Source: Eubacteriales bacterium (lineage in GTDB: Bacteria > Bacillota > Clostridia > Oscillospirales > JAAYXM01). Taken from it: a stretch of DNA of 64,000 nt. Positions 50,157 to 59,994 of the stretch are shown here, piece after piece (positions within the stretch are counted from its first letter, which is position 1; the number at the start of each line of letters is the position of its first letter). The stretch spans positions 109,678 to 173,677 of the forward strand of contig JAZRPG010000027.1 in the NCBI GenBank assembly GCA_045649105.1. The letters run 5' to 3'. A program made the translations under genes and the position numbers. The notes under the pieces are model-generated. The model did no database searches, was not told the origin of the DNA, and saw only the letters and a program-made list of their open reading frames with translations.

Positions 50157-51551
50157 ATGAACGATGATTTTTACACAAAAGACGAGCAGAATACCCAACC
50201 AAACCCGGCTGAGGAAAATGCGCGTCAGGCTGCACCTGAGATACCTGAAACGAATGCGGCAGACACGCAGGCTGCACCCGATAAAGCCGACACAGCAAAC
50301 AAAAATGATTATACAGCTCCTCCCCCACCTCCACCGCAGCCGGAGCATAACACCGGGTCGTATTCAAGCCCGATTAACATGAACGTTAAGCGCCGCAGTA
50401 TACCGACATGGGCAATAGTTCTCATATCTGTTCTTGCATCCGTATATCTTATAGTTTCAATCGCTTTAATCGTTGGTTTCTTCAGCAATTCAACCATCGG
50501 TTTTAACAATACACGGGGCGATTCCCAAATCATAACACCTTCTGATGATGTAGAAGTCGAGAGCCACCTGAACATATCTGAATCTCCAAAATCAGAAGGC
50601 GCGCCCACAAACAAGGATGCACTTACCGTCAAGCAGATATCGCAAAAAGTACGTGCATCTGTCGTTGGCGTTATCTCACAAGGCTCAGCCACATTTTCAT
50701 CATCATCTGTCGGCTCCGGTATTATAATGTCAAGCGACGGATACATCATTACGAACAACCATGTCATTGAGGGTATGAAAACCATAAAGGTAGTTCTCGA
50801 TGACGGTAAAACATATGACGCGCGTCTTATCGGCGCTGACTCACGCTCCGACCTCGCCGTTATCAAGATTAACGGAACAGGCCTCCCCGCTGCGGAATTC
50901 GGCGATTCTGACAAGCTCGAACAGGGCGACCCGGCAATTGCAATAGGAAACCCCGCAGGACTTCAGCTCCAAAACTCCGTAACATCAGGAATAATATCCG
51001 CAATCAACCGTGACATCGTAATTGAAGACCGCACGATGACGCTTATCCAGACTGATGCATCCATCAACCCGGGAAATTCAGGCGGCCCGCTTGTAAATGA
51101 GTTTGGCCAGGTTATCGGAATAAACACCGTAAAGGTCGGTATTTCCTACTATGAGGGTCTCGGTTTTGCAATACCAATCAATACCGCAAAGCCGATAATA
51201 GACGAGCTCATCTCCCGAGGATATGTCAAGGGACGCCCCTCTATAGGAATTAACGGTACGACGATTACAGAGAGAGAATCTGCGTATTTCGGACTCCCTG
51301 CCGGACTGTATATTGAATATGTTCACCCCAATTCCGATGCATTTAAAAAAGGCATCAGGCGCGGCGATGTCATTACAAAAATGAATGGCTCTGTCCTTAC
51401 CTCTACTGCTGAGATAAAGAAAATACGCGATAACTTCACAGCGGGAGACACCGTCACCCTTACGATTTACCGCAACAATGAATATGTAGATATTGATGTT
51501 GTTCTGATGGACGAAGCCGTCCTTTCCGCAAGTCAGTCAACACCAAGTTAA
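50157..51551 (+). CDS. htrA: HtrA/DegP-family S1C serine protease with a PDZ domain
   Basis: ATG 50157 with AAGGAGG upstream. Pro/Ala-rich cytoplasmic N-terminus, a TM helix, the catalytic triad context (TNNHVI, SDLAVIK, GNSGGPL) and a C-terminal PDZ domain. Confidence 0.85.
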   Translation: MNDDFYTKDEQNTQPNPAEENARQAAPEIPETNAADTQAAPDKADTANKNDYTAPPPPPPQPEHNTGSYSSPINMNVKRRSIPTWAIVLISVLASVYLIVSIALIVGFFSNSTIGFNNTRGDSQIITPSDDVEVESHLNISESPKSEGAPTNKDALTVKQISQKVRASVVGVISQGSATFSSSSVGSGIIMSSDGYIITNNHVIEGMKTIKVVLDDGKTYDARLIGADSRSDLAVIKINGTGLPAAEFGDSDKLEQGDPAIAIGNPAGLQLQNSVTSGIISAINRDIVIEDRTMTLIQTDASINPGNSGGPLVNEFGQVIGINTVKVGISYYEGLGFAIPINTAKPIIDELISRGYVKGRPSIGINGTTITERESAYFGLPAGLYIEYVHPNSDAFKKGIRRGDVITKMNGSVLTSTAEIKKIRDNFTAGDTVTLTIYRNNEYVDIDVVLMDEAVLSASQSTPS

Positions 51552-51556
51552 CAGAG

Positions 51557-51593
51557 AAAAAATACGCTGCGATTATTCGCCGCGTATTTTTTT
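51557..51593. terminator. Hairpin between convergent htrA and ppa (overlaps the ppa stop)
   Basis: AAAAAATACGC ... GCGTATTTTTT. The right arm lies within the last codons of ppa. Confidence 0.45.
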
Positions 51594-52109
51594 ATCATAT
51601 TGTGCTATTGCTTTCTTTATTATCTTTATTGCTGCCTGACGGTTGTCTATTCTCTCAACTGCAGTCTCCATTCCTTCAAGAGCCTTATACACCATGAAAA
51701 AGTGCTGCATCTCTTTAAATATATGCAAAGGCAGCTCGCTTATATCAGTATACCCGTTATACATCGGGTCACCAAACGGTATTGCAATTATTTTTTCGTC
51801 ATTTCTCCTGTTATCCACCATCGTTATCACGCCTATAGGATAACAGCGCACCATAACGAGCGGGTCAATCTCCTCACTGCAAAGCACGAGCACATCAAGC
51901 GGATCCCCATCATCTGCATATGTTTTGGGAATAAAACCATAGTTTGCCGGATAGTGCGTCGAGGTATAAAGCACTCTGTCCATAATAAGAACACCGGTCT
52001 CCTTATCAAGCTCATACTTTTTCTTGCTTCCGCGCCCGATTTCTATTACTGCAATGAAATCCTCAGTATTTATCCTCTCACTCGATATATCGTGCCATAT
52101 ATTACCCAA
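51573..52109 (-). CDS. ppa: Family I inorganic pyrophosphatase
   Basis: NIWHDIS, EIGRGSKKKYELDKETG and DGDPLDVLVL motifs. I prefer TTG 52109, with GGAGGG 6 nt upstream. The 24-aa extension in the track ORF has no homologous look. Confidence 0.85.
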   Translation of the reverse strand: MGNIWHDISSERINTEDFIAVIEIGRGSKKKYELDKETGVLIMDRVLYTSTHYPANYGFIPKTYADDGDPLDVLVLCSEEIDPLVMVRCYPIGVITMVDNRRNDEKIIAIPFGDPMYNGYTDISELPLHIFKEMQHFFMVYKALEGMETAVERIDNRQAAIKIIKKAIAQYDKKIRGE

Positions 52110-52263
52110 TATAATCCCTCCGTGACCCCGAATATTTACAGTATATTCTCTCCAAAAGGGAGAGAATATATTTTTTTGCATCTAATTCCATTTTTTTACA
52201 TTTATCGCATTGGAAGTGTAGTATTATCTAGAATGCTACAACAAATAAAAGGAGCGTATAACA

Positions 52264-52599
52264 TTGAGGATTATTGCAAAGCGTAACGGCGGAGAGCTTT
52301 TAATATCGCTTGAGGGCGAGCTCGACCATCACGCCGCCAAAAATGCTATTAAAGAGACGGGAAAGCTCATTGACACAGAGCTTCCCATGCGCCTGACGCT
52401 CGACTTCGGAGGAGTCACTTTCATGGACAGCTCCGGCATCGCACTTATTATAGGCGCATATAAGAGAATTAATGCACTCGGGGGCGCGTTTTTCGTTACG
52501 AATGTGTCGAGGCAGGTTTATAAAGTATTATCTGCCGCAGCAATCACAAAGCTTGTAAATGTCTCGGAAAAAGACGAACTTCTCATAAAAAAACAATAA
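52264..52599 (+). CDS. spoIIAA: Anti-sigma F factor antagonist SpoIIAA (STAS)
   Basis: 111 aa with the phosphorylatable serine context FMDSSGIA. TTG start with AAGGAG upstream. Confidence 0.85.
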   Translation: MRIIAKRNGGELLISLEGELDHHAAKNAIKETGKLIDTELPMRLTLDFGGVTFMDSSGIALIIGAYKRINALGGAFFVTNVSRQVYKVLSAAAITKLVNVSEKDELLIKKQ

Positions 52600-52610
52600 G
52601 GAGAATTGAT

Positions 52611-53069
52611 ATGAATATTATAAACGAAGTCACCATCACCTTTCCGAGCCGCTCGGCAAATGAAGGATATGCGCGCGCGGCGGTCTCGGCATTTGCGGCA
52701 CAGCTCGACCCGACACTTGAGGAAATCAACGATATTAAAACAGCGGTAAGCGAAGCTGTTACAAACTGCATTGTACATGCATATCCGGACTGTGTTGACA
52801 AAATATACATACGCTTAAGAATCCTCGAAGATAACACTCTTGAAATAGTTATTCGTGACCGCGGACGCGGCATCAGTGACATTGAGCAGGCGAAAACACC
52901 GATGTTTACAACCGGCGGCGAAGAGCGTTCAGGAATGGGCTTTACAATTATGGAAAGCTTCATGGACAAGCTTAAAATTCGCTCAAAAGGCGGGCGCGGA
53001 ACTATCGTAACAATGCGCAAAAGAATTTCTATGCGCGTCGGAGGCATGACCCGTGACAGACACAATTGA
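52611..53069 (+). CDS. spoIIAB: Anti-sigma F factor / serine kinase SpoIIAB
   Basis: 152 aa with the AVSEAVTNCIVHAY N-box and ERSGMGFTIME G-box. Confidence 0.9.
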   Translation: MNIINEVTITFPSRSANEGYARAAVSAFAAQLDPTLEEINDIKTAVSEAVTNCIVHAYPDCVDKIYIRLRILEDNTLEIVIRDRGRGISDIEQAKTPMFTTGGEERSGMGFTIMESFMDKLKIRSKGGRGTIVTMRKRISMRVGGMTRDRHN

Positions 53070-53754
53070 GCTGATTCGCGCCGCAAAGCACGGAGATGAG
53101 GCTGCCTTTGAGAAAATTATTACGGACAACTCCCCTCTTATCTGGAGTATTGTACGCCGTTTTCTCGGACGCGGTGCCGATGCGGAGGATTTGTATCAAC
53201 TCGGATGTGTAGGCCTGCTGAAAGCCATACGCGGCTTTAATGAGGCACTTGGAAATCAGTTCTCGACATATGCCGTACCTAAAATTGCCGGAGAAATCAG
53301 AAGATTTTTGCGTGATGACGGTACAATAAAGGTCAGCCGGACAATAAAGGAACGTGCCACAAAAATCCGATATGCCGCAGAAAATCTGCGGACAGCGCTC
53401 AGTCGCGATCCGACCCTGTCAGAGCTGTCAGACGCAACAGGTTACACACCTGAAGAAATTGCTCAGGCAGAATGTGCAACCGCGCATACTGATTCACTCA
53501 GCCGGGAAATCAACACTGAGGGGCAAACACTTGAGGAAACGCTCGGAAACTCCGGTATTGAGGACAATGTACTTGAGTATGTGTCACTGTCACATGCGAT
53601 TGAAAAACTGCCGAAGCGCGAACGCATAGTTATTATGCTGCGCTTCTTCCGCTCCCTGACTCAGGAACAGACAGCAAGGATTATGGACATATCCCAGGTT
53701 CAGGTTTCTCGCATTGAACGCGCCGCAATAGCTCACCTGCGCGAGAATTTATAA
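53053..53754 (+). CDS. sigF: Sporulation sigma factor SigF
   Basis: 233 aa with LIWSIVRRF, FSTYAVPKIAGEIRRFLRDDG and TQEQTARIMDISQVQVSRIERAAI motifs. Operon position after spoIIAB. Confidence 0.9.
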   Translation: MTDTIELIRAAKHGDEAAFEKIITDNSPLIWSIVRRFLGRGADAEDLYQLGCVGLLKAIRGFNEALGNQFSTYAVPKIAGEIRRFLRDDGTIKVSRTIKERATKIRYAAENLRTALSRDPTLSELSDATGYTPEEIAQAECATAHTDSLSREINTEGQTLEETLGNSGIEDNVLEYVSLSHAIEKLPKRERIVIMLRFFRSLTQEQTARIMDISQVQVSRIERAAIAHLRENL

Positions 53755-53790
53755 AAAAAGACCGTACAGCTCTCTGTACGGTCTTTTTTT
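53754..53790. terminator. Bidirectional rho-independent terminator (sigF / purL)
   Basis: AAAAAAAGACCGTACAG-CTCT-CTGTACGGTCTTTTTTT. Confidence 0.75.
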
Positions 53791-53792
53791 AC

Positions 53793-56700
53793 TTAAATTT
53801 TGAAATAATCAACTGCGCCCCGGAAAATCCGGCTCTCTTTATTTCCGTCAATGTTCTTGTAAAGATTATCTCCCTTTCGCTCACTGTGTGCCATCTTTCC
53901 GAACACGCGTCCGTCAGGAGACGTGATTCCTTCTATAGCGAGAACTGAGCCATTCGGGTTAACCTCAATATCAAGAGACGGCTCACCGTCAAGTCCGACA
54001 TACTGTGTTGCAATCTGTCCGTTTTCACACAATTTATCAAGAAGCTCTACATGGCATACAAACCTTCCCTCACCATGTGAAATCGGCTCTGTCAACACAT
54101 CGCCCACATTATAATGCATAAGCCACGGTGATTTGTTTGACGCAACGCGTGTGCGCACAATACGCGACTGGTGCCTGCCGATTGTATTAAATGTAAGCGT
54201 CGGATTCTCGCTCTCACCGTCAACAATCTTACCAAACGGCACAAGCCCAAGCTTTATAAGGGCCTGGAATCCGTTGCAGATTCCGCACATAAGTCCATCA
54301 CGATTCTCCAGCAGTTCATTTACACTTTCTGCTATCCTGGGATTCCTGAAGAATGTCGCAATGAGCTTTGCAGAGCCTTCAGGCTCGTCGCCGCCTGAGA
54401 ATCCGCCCGGTATAAATATGATTTGCGAATCATCAATAAGACCTGCGATTCTGTTTACCGACTCCTCTACATCCTTTGCCGTGAGGTTTTTAACGATGGA
54501 GATTATGGGCTCTGCTCCCGCCTTCTCAAGTGCCCTTGCCGTATCGTACTCACAGTTTGTTCCCGGGAATACCGGAATCAGCACCTTCGGGCGTGCAACT
54601 CCAACAGCGGGGCTAACGCGCTTTTGTGCGCTATATGATACGGACTGTGTTTTCTTTGTTTCCTCCGCTGTCTTATTCGGGTAAACGCTCTCCAGCACTC
54701 CCTCATATATACCCGAAATTTCTTGCCCGTCTATGCACTCATCGCCACATACCAGAGCGTAATCATCAGTTGTTTTTCCTAACAGACTTCCTATATCCTC
54801 GCATTTGTCGGAAAGCTCAAGAACAAAGCTTCCGTATTTGTACTCAAAGGCTGAGTTGATATCAAAAGCCGAATCATACTTAAATCCGATTCTGTTACCG
54901 AGCGACATTTTAAGAACAGCTTCGGCTATTCCGCCATAAGTCGGCGTGAATGCAGAAAGAATGAATCCACCTTTTATAAGCTCGTTTACCTTCTTGTAAA
55001 GCTTCTTGAGACTTTCAGTATCCGGAAGTCCGTTCGGAAGTGTATCCGGCTCAAGAAGAACAACGCGTGAGCCTGCTTTTTTAAATTCAGGCGATATAAC
55101 ATTGTCACTGTTGCATACCGATATTGCAAATGAAACAAGAGTCGGCGGCACATCTATATTTTCAAATGAACCGCTCATTGAGTCCTTGCCGCCAATCGCG
55201 CCTATTCCGAGCTCTACCTGTGCATCAAGCGCGCCGAGAAGCGCCGAGAACGGCTTGCCCCACCGCTTCGGGTCAGTTCCAAGCTTTTCAAAATACTCCT
55301 GGAATGTCAGGTAGCAGGAATCTGTATATGCACCGGTAGCAATAAGCTTTGAAATTGATTCAACAACAGCAAGATATGCACCGTGATACGGGCTCTTCTC
55401 CGTAATAAACGGATTGTATCCGTATGCCATAACGGAGCATGTCTTTGTCTCTCCTCCGAGCACGGGGATTTTTGCCGCCATAGCCTGTATCGGTGTCCGC
55501 TGATACTTTCCTCCGAAAGGCATAAGCACGGTATTTGCACCTATAGTCGAATCAAACCGCTCCGATAATCCTCGTTTTGAACAGATATTTAAATCAGACG
55601 CAAGCTCACGCATCTTTTCGCCAAACGACGCGCCCGCTGTCTTTTTCTGCTCAAACTTCATTTCAGGAACCTCAACCGAGGCTCTCTTTGGAGCTCCGTT
55701 GGAATTTAAGAATTCACGCGATATATCAACGATATTTTTGCCGCGCCAGCTCATTATAAGCCTCGGTGTCTCTGTCACCGCTGCGACAACTGTCGACTCA
55801 AGATTTTCCTCCGCTGCAAGCTCCATAAAGCGCAACACATCGCCTTTATCAAGCACAACAGCCATTCGCTCCTGAGACTCACTTATTGCAAGCTCAGTTC
55901 CGTCAAGGCCGTCGTATTTCTTAGGCACGGCATCAAGCGATATTGAAAGTCCGTCCGCAAGCTCTCCGATTGCAACGGATACGCCGCCTGCTCCGAAATC
56001 ATTGCAACGCTTTATAAGTCTTGCGGCCTCCGGATTTCTGAAAAGGCGCTGAAGCTTACGCTCCTCAGGTGCATTACCCTTCTGAACCTCAGCTCCGCAC
56101 TGTGTAAGAGAGCTGACGCTGTGCGATTTTGACGAGCCTGTAGCCCCTCCGCATCCGTCACGCCCTGTGCGACCGCCGAGAAGGACAACAACATCTCCGT
56201 CCTGCGGGACACTTCTTCTTACATTTCCCTCAGGTGCGGCACCGACTACGGCGCCTATTTCAAGGTGCTTTGCCATGTAACCGTCATGATAAATTTCGTC
56301 TACAAGACCTGTAGCAAGACCAATCTGATTTCCGTAGGAACTGTTTCCCGCGGCAGATGTGGTAAGAATCTGTCTTTGCGGCAATTTACCGGGTATTGTA
56401 TCCTCGATTGGCTTTAATGGGTTTGAACCACCCGTAACGCGCATTGCCTGATATACATATGACCTACCGGACAGCGGGTCACGTATTGCTCCGCCGATAC
56501 ATGTAGCAGCACCGCCAAACGGCTCAATTTCCGTTGGGTGATTATGAGTTTCATTCTTAAATAAAAGAAGCCACTTTTCACTCTTGCCGTCAACATCTAC
56601 ATTGATTTTTACAGTACATGCATTTATCTCATCAGACTCGTCGAGATTTTTCAGCTCACCGGTCTTTTTGAGATGTTTTACCGCAATTGTTGCCATATTC

Positions 56701-57491
56701 ATAAGCGTTACAGGCTTTGTTATGTTAAGCTCTTTTCGCATTGCATTATATCTTGCAAATGCATTTTTTACATCCTCGCACTTTATATCAGCACTTTCAA
56801 GCTCAGTAAGGAATGTTGTGTGTCTGCAGTGGTCAGACCAATATGTATCAATAACCCTTATCTCTGTAAGCGTCGGGTCGCGGTCCTCACTCTTAAAATA
56901 ATCTCTGCAGAATTTTATGTCCTCAAAGTCCATAGCGAGTCTGTACTCATCTATTATCGAAGTAAGCTCCTCATCTGCCATATTTATAAAGCCGTTAACA
57001 ACAGGTACATCCGCCGGCATATCGTACGGTATAAAAAGCGTCTCGGGCAGAGACAGCGAAGCCTCGCGGCTCTCTACCGGATTTATAATATACTTCTTTA
57101 TCTCGGAAACCTCGCTTTCGCTGAGGTTCCCTTCCATAACATATACACGCGCTGTCCTGACGGTCGGTCTCTCCGTCCTTGAGATAAGCTGTATACACTG
57201 TGCCGCTGAATCTGCTCTCTGGTCAAACTGGCCCGGGAGATACTCTACAGCAAACACAACCCCGTTTTCCGCATCAAGCTCATCGTATATATTATCAAGC
57301 TGCGGTTCACTGAAAACGATGTTCTTACATTTTTCAAACAGAGCCTCATCTACGCCCTCAACATCATATCTGTTAATTATGCGGATATCCGAAAGCGCCT
57401 TTATTCCGAGAAATGAACGTATATTCTTTTTAAGCGCCTGTGCTTCAAGCGAATGTTCACTCTTTTTTTCGACATATATGCGATATACCAT
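53793..57491 (-). CDS. purL: Phosphoribosylformylglycinamidine synthase, single-chain large form
   Basis: 1232 aa. FGAM synthetase domains are joined to a C-terminal glutaminase domain (GICNGFQAL catalytic Cys context). Confidence 0.95.
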   Translation of the reverse strand: MVYRIYVEKKSEHSLEAQALKKNIRSFLGIKALSDIRIINRYDVEGVDEALFEKCKNIVFSEPQLDNIYDELDAENGVVFAVEYLPGQFDQRADSAAQCIQLISRTERPTVRTARVYVMEGNLSESEVSEIKKYIINPVESREASLSLPETLFIPYDMPADVPVVNGFINMADEELTSIIDEYRLAMDFEDIKFCRDYFKSEDRDPTLTEIRVIDTYWSDHCRHTTFLTELESADIKCEDVKNAFARYNAMRKELNITKPVTLMNMATIAVKHLKKTGELKNLDESDEINACTVKINVDVDGKSEKWLLLFKNETHNHPTEIEPFGGAATCIGGAIRDPLSGRSYVYQAMRVTGGSNPLKPIEDTIPGKLPQRQILTTSAAGNSSYGNQIGLATGLVDEIYHDGYMAKHLEIGAVVGAAPEGNVRRSVPQDGDVVVLLGGRTGRDGCGGATGSSKSHSVSSLTQCGAEVQKGNAPEERKLQRLFRNPEAARLIKRCNDFGAGGVSVAIGELADGLSISLDAVPKKYDGLDGTELAISESQERMAVVLDKGDVLRFMELAAEENLESTVVAAVTETPRLIMSWRGKNIVDISREFLNSNGAPKRASVEVPEMKFEQKKTAGASFGEKMRELASDLNICSKRGLSERFDSTIGANTVLMPFGGKYQRTPIQAMAAKIPVLGGETKTCSVMAYGYNPFITEKSPYHGAYLAVVESISKLIATGAYTDSCYLTFQEYFEKLGTDPKRWGKPFSALLGALDAQVELGIGAIGGKDSMSGSFENIDVPPTLVSFAISVCNSDNVISPEFKKAGSRVVLLEPDTLPNGLPDTESLKKLYKKVNELIKGGFILSAFTPTYGGIAEAVLKMSLGNRIGFKYDSAFDINSAFEYKYGSFVLELSDKCEDIGSLLGKTTDDYALVCGDECIDGQEISGIYEGVLESVYPNKTAEETKKTQSVSYSAQKRVSPAVGVARPKVLIPVFPGTNCEYDTARALEKAGAEPIISIVKNLTAKDVEESVNRIAGLIDDSQIIFIPGGFSGGDEPEGSAKLIATFFRNPRIAESVNELLENRDGLMCGICNGFQALIKLGLVPFGKIVDGESENPTLTFNTIGRHQSRIVRTRVASNKSPWLMHYNVGDVLTEPISHGEGRFVCHVELLDKLCENGQIATQYVGLDGEPSLDIEVNPNGSVLAIEGITSPDGRVFGKMAHSERKGDNLYKNIDGNKESRIFRGAVDYFKI

Positions 57492-57506
57492 TTTTTAAAG
57501 CCTCCG

Positions 57507-58787
57507 TCAAAATGTTTTTTTGAAAGAAAGTGCCTTTTTACCGATATCCGATCTGTAGAATGAATCTGTAAAACTTATCTGCTTTACAGCTTCATAAGCC
57601 TTTTCTATTGCGGTCTCAAGCGTATCTGCAGTAGCTGTGACTCCGAGAACTCTGCCACCCGAAGTAACAAGCTTTCCGTCTTTCAGCGCTGTTCCGGAAT
57701 GATAAAGATTGATGTCTGCAAGCTCTTTTGCCGACCCTAAATGCATTTCATAACCCTTGCCATACTTTACGGGATACCCGCCCGAAGCGAGCATTACGCA
57801 GCAGGCGGCACCGTTTTCAAACTCGACATTTACATCTGCAAGTGTTTCATTTTCTACTGCAAGCATGATTTCAAGCAAATCACTCTTCAGAAGCGAAAGT
57901 ACGGACTGTGCCTCCGGGTCTCCGAATCTGCAGTTGTACTCAATTACCTTAGGACCGTCAGGAGTGAGCATAAGGCCAAAGTACAGACAGCCTTTAAATG
58001 TTCTCCCCTCAGCTCTCATTGCCTCAATAGTAGGCAGAAAAATCGTCTCCATGCATATATCCGCAATTTCCGCAGTGTAGCACGGGTTCGGCGCAATGGT
58101 TCCCATTCCTCCGGTATTAAGCCCCTCGTCACCATCATGTGCGCGCTTATGGTCCATTGAAGAAACCATCGGCCGGATTGTCTTTCCGTCCGTAAACGCC
58201 AGAACGGAAACCTCCGGACCTGTCAGAAATTCCTCTACTACTATGCTGTTACCGCTCTCGCCAAAAATTTTCCCTTCCATAATTGAGGTGACTGCATCTA
58301 TAGATTCCCGGACACTGTTTGAGATTATTACACCTTTGCCAAGTGCAAGCCCGTCTGCCTTAATGACAATCGGATGCTTTGCAGCTTTAAGGTACTCTAC
58401 TGCGCTGTCCTTGTTATCAAAAACTTCATAAGCTGCTGTCGGGATTTTATATTTCTTCATAAGCCCCTTTGAAAAAACCTTACTACCCTCGATCGCGGCA
58501 GCACGGCTGTCAGGGCCGAAGCATGCAATACCTGCTTCGTGCAATTTATCCACTGCACCGAGAACAAGCGGGTCATCAGGTGCTACAACTGCAAAATCGA
58601 TATTGTTCCCGACTGCAAATTTCACAATCCCGTCAATATCACATGCAGCTATATCAACGCATTTTGCGTCCTCTGCTATGCCTCCGTTGCCCGGTAATGC
58701 GAAAATATCGGTTATTTTATCGCTTTTTTTAAGCGCTTTTATTATGGCGTGCTCTCGCCCACCGCCTCCGACTACAAGTATGCGCAT
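57507..58787 (-). CDS. purD: Phosphoribosylamine--glycine ligase
   Basis: MRILVVGGGGREHA N-terminus with an ATP-grasp core. Confidence 0.95.
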   Translation of the reverse strand: MRILVVGGGGREHAIIKALKKSDKITDIFALPGNGGIAEDAKCVDIAACDIDGIVKFAVGNNIDFAVVAPDDPLVLGAVDKLHEAGIACFGPDSRAAAIEGSKVFSKGLMKKYKIPTAAYEVFDNKDSAVEYLKAAKHPIVIKADGLALGKGVIISNSVRESIDAVTSIMEGKIFGESGNSIVVEEFLTGPEVSVLAFTDGKTIRPMVSSMDHKRAHDGDEGLNTGGMGTIAPNPCYTAEIADICMETIFLPTIEAMRAEGRTFKGCLYFGLMLTPDGPKVIEYNCRFGDPEAQSVLSLLKSDLLEIMLAVENETLADVNVEFENGAACCVMLASGGYPVKYGKGYEMHLGSAKELADINLYHSGTALKDGKLVTSGGRVLGVTATADTLETAIEKAYEAVKQISFTDSFYRSDIGKKALSFKKTF

Positions 58788-58807
58788 ATATTAAACTCCT
58801 TTTTAAA

Positions 58808-59980
58808 TCAATGATGGAACAAGCGAATTCCCGTAAATGCCATGGTCACATTATGCTTATTGCATGCATCAATTACATCAGCATCTCTCTTTGAGCCGCC
58901 GGGCTGTGCAATATATGACACGCCGCTTCTGCATGCGCGCTCAATGTTATCGGAGAACGGGAAGAACGCATCGCTTCCGAGCGATACTCCGCTAACCTTT
59001 CCGAGCCACTCCTTTTTCTCCTCTGCAGTAAGTGCATCGGGTCGCACCTTGAAGAAGTTCTGCCATACTTCATCGCCTAAAACATCTTCACACTCATCTG
59101 AAATATATAAATCTATTGCATTATCACGCTCAGGCTTTCCTATTCCGTCTACAAACCGGAGTGAAAGAACCTTCGGGTGCTGTCTTAAATGCCATATATC
59201 AGCCTTATTTCCCGCAAGGCGTGTGCAATGTATGCGCGACTGCTGCCCTGCTCCGACGCCGATAACCTGTCCGCCCTCGGCATAGCACACTGAGTTTGAC
59301 TGAGTGTATTTAAGGGTAATAAGAGCTATTATTAAGTCCTGCTTTGCGGAAAGAGGAAGCTCTTTATTCTCTGTTACGATATTTTCAAGTACAGACATGT
59401 TAAGCTCAACATCGTTTCTGCCCTGCTCAAATGTAATGCCGTATACCTGTTTGCGCTCAATCGGAGCAGGAACATATGACTCATCGATTTCTATTACGTT
59501 ATATGCGCCTTTTCTCTTTGATTTAAGAATTTCAAGAGCTTTATCCGTATATCCCGGAGCTATTATACCGTCTGAAACCTCTTTTGCAATTATCGATGCT
59601 GTCGACTCATCGCATACATCACTGAGTGCAATGAAATCTCCGAATGACGACATTCTGTCTGCTCCGCGTGCACGCACATATGCGCACGCAATCGGCGAAA
59701 GCTCAACATCCTCTACAAAATACATTTTTTTAAGAGTATCATCAAGAGGGAGACCGATTGCCGCACCTGCAGGACTTACATGCTTAAATGATGCCGCGGC
59801 AGGAAGCGAAAGCGCCTCTTTTAACTCACGCACAAGCTGATAGCTGTTGAAAGCGTCAAGAAAATTTATATATCCTGGCCTTCCGTTTAACACCTTTATC
59901 GGTAATTCTCCGCCCTCAACATAGATTTTGGACGGGATCTGGTGCGGATTACAACCATACTTTAATTCTAATTCTTTCAT
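58808..59980 (-). CDS. purH: AICAR formyltransferase (PurH transformylase domain only)
   Basis: ATG 59980 with GGAGG 8 nt upstream. LKYGCNPHQ, KHVSPAG and the C-terminal FTGIRLFHH motif. No MGS-like IMP cyclohydrolase domain. Confidence 0.85.
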   Translation of the reverse strand: MKELELKYGCNPHQIPSKIYVEGGELPIKVLNGRPGYINFLDAFNSYQLVRELKEALSLPAAASFKHVSPAGAAIGLPLDDTLKKMYFVEDVELSPIACAYVRARGADRMSSFGDFIALSDVCDESTASIIAKEVSDGIIAPGYTDKALEILKSKRKGAYNVIEIDESYVPAPIERKQVYGITFEQGRNDVELNMSVLENIVTENKELPLSAKQDLIIALITLKYTQSNSVCYAEGGQVIGVGAGQQSRIHCTRLAGNKADIWHLRQHPKVLSLRFVDGIGKPERDNAIDLYISDECEDVLGDEVWQNFFKVRPDALTAEEKKEWLGKVSGVSLGSDAFFPFSDNIERACRSGVSYIAQPGGSKRDADVIDACNKHNVTMAFTGIRLFHH

Positions 59981-59994
59981 TTGGCCTGCCTCCA

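Noticed and set aside
50290-50345. CCNCC-rich stretch (poly-proline coding) considered as a DNA-level repeat or slippage tract
   Set aside because: It is a short in-frame run coding PPPPPPQP within the htrA N-terminal tail. It is not a perfect tandem repeat and shows no evidence of phase variation.
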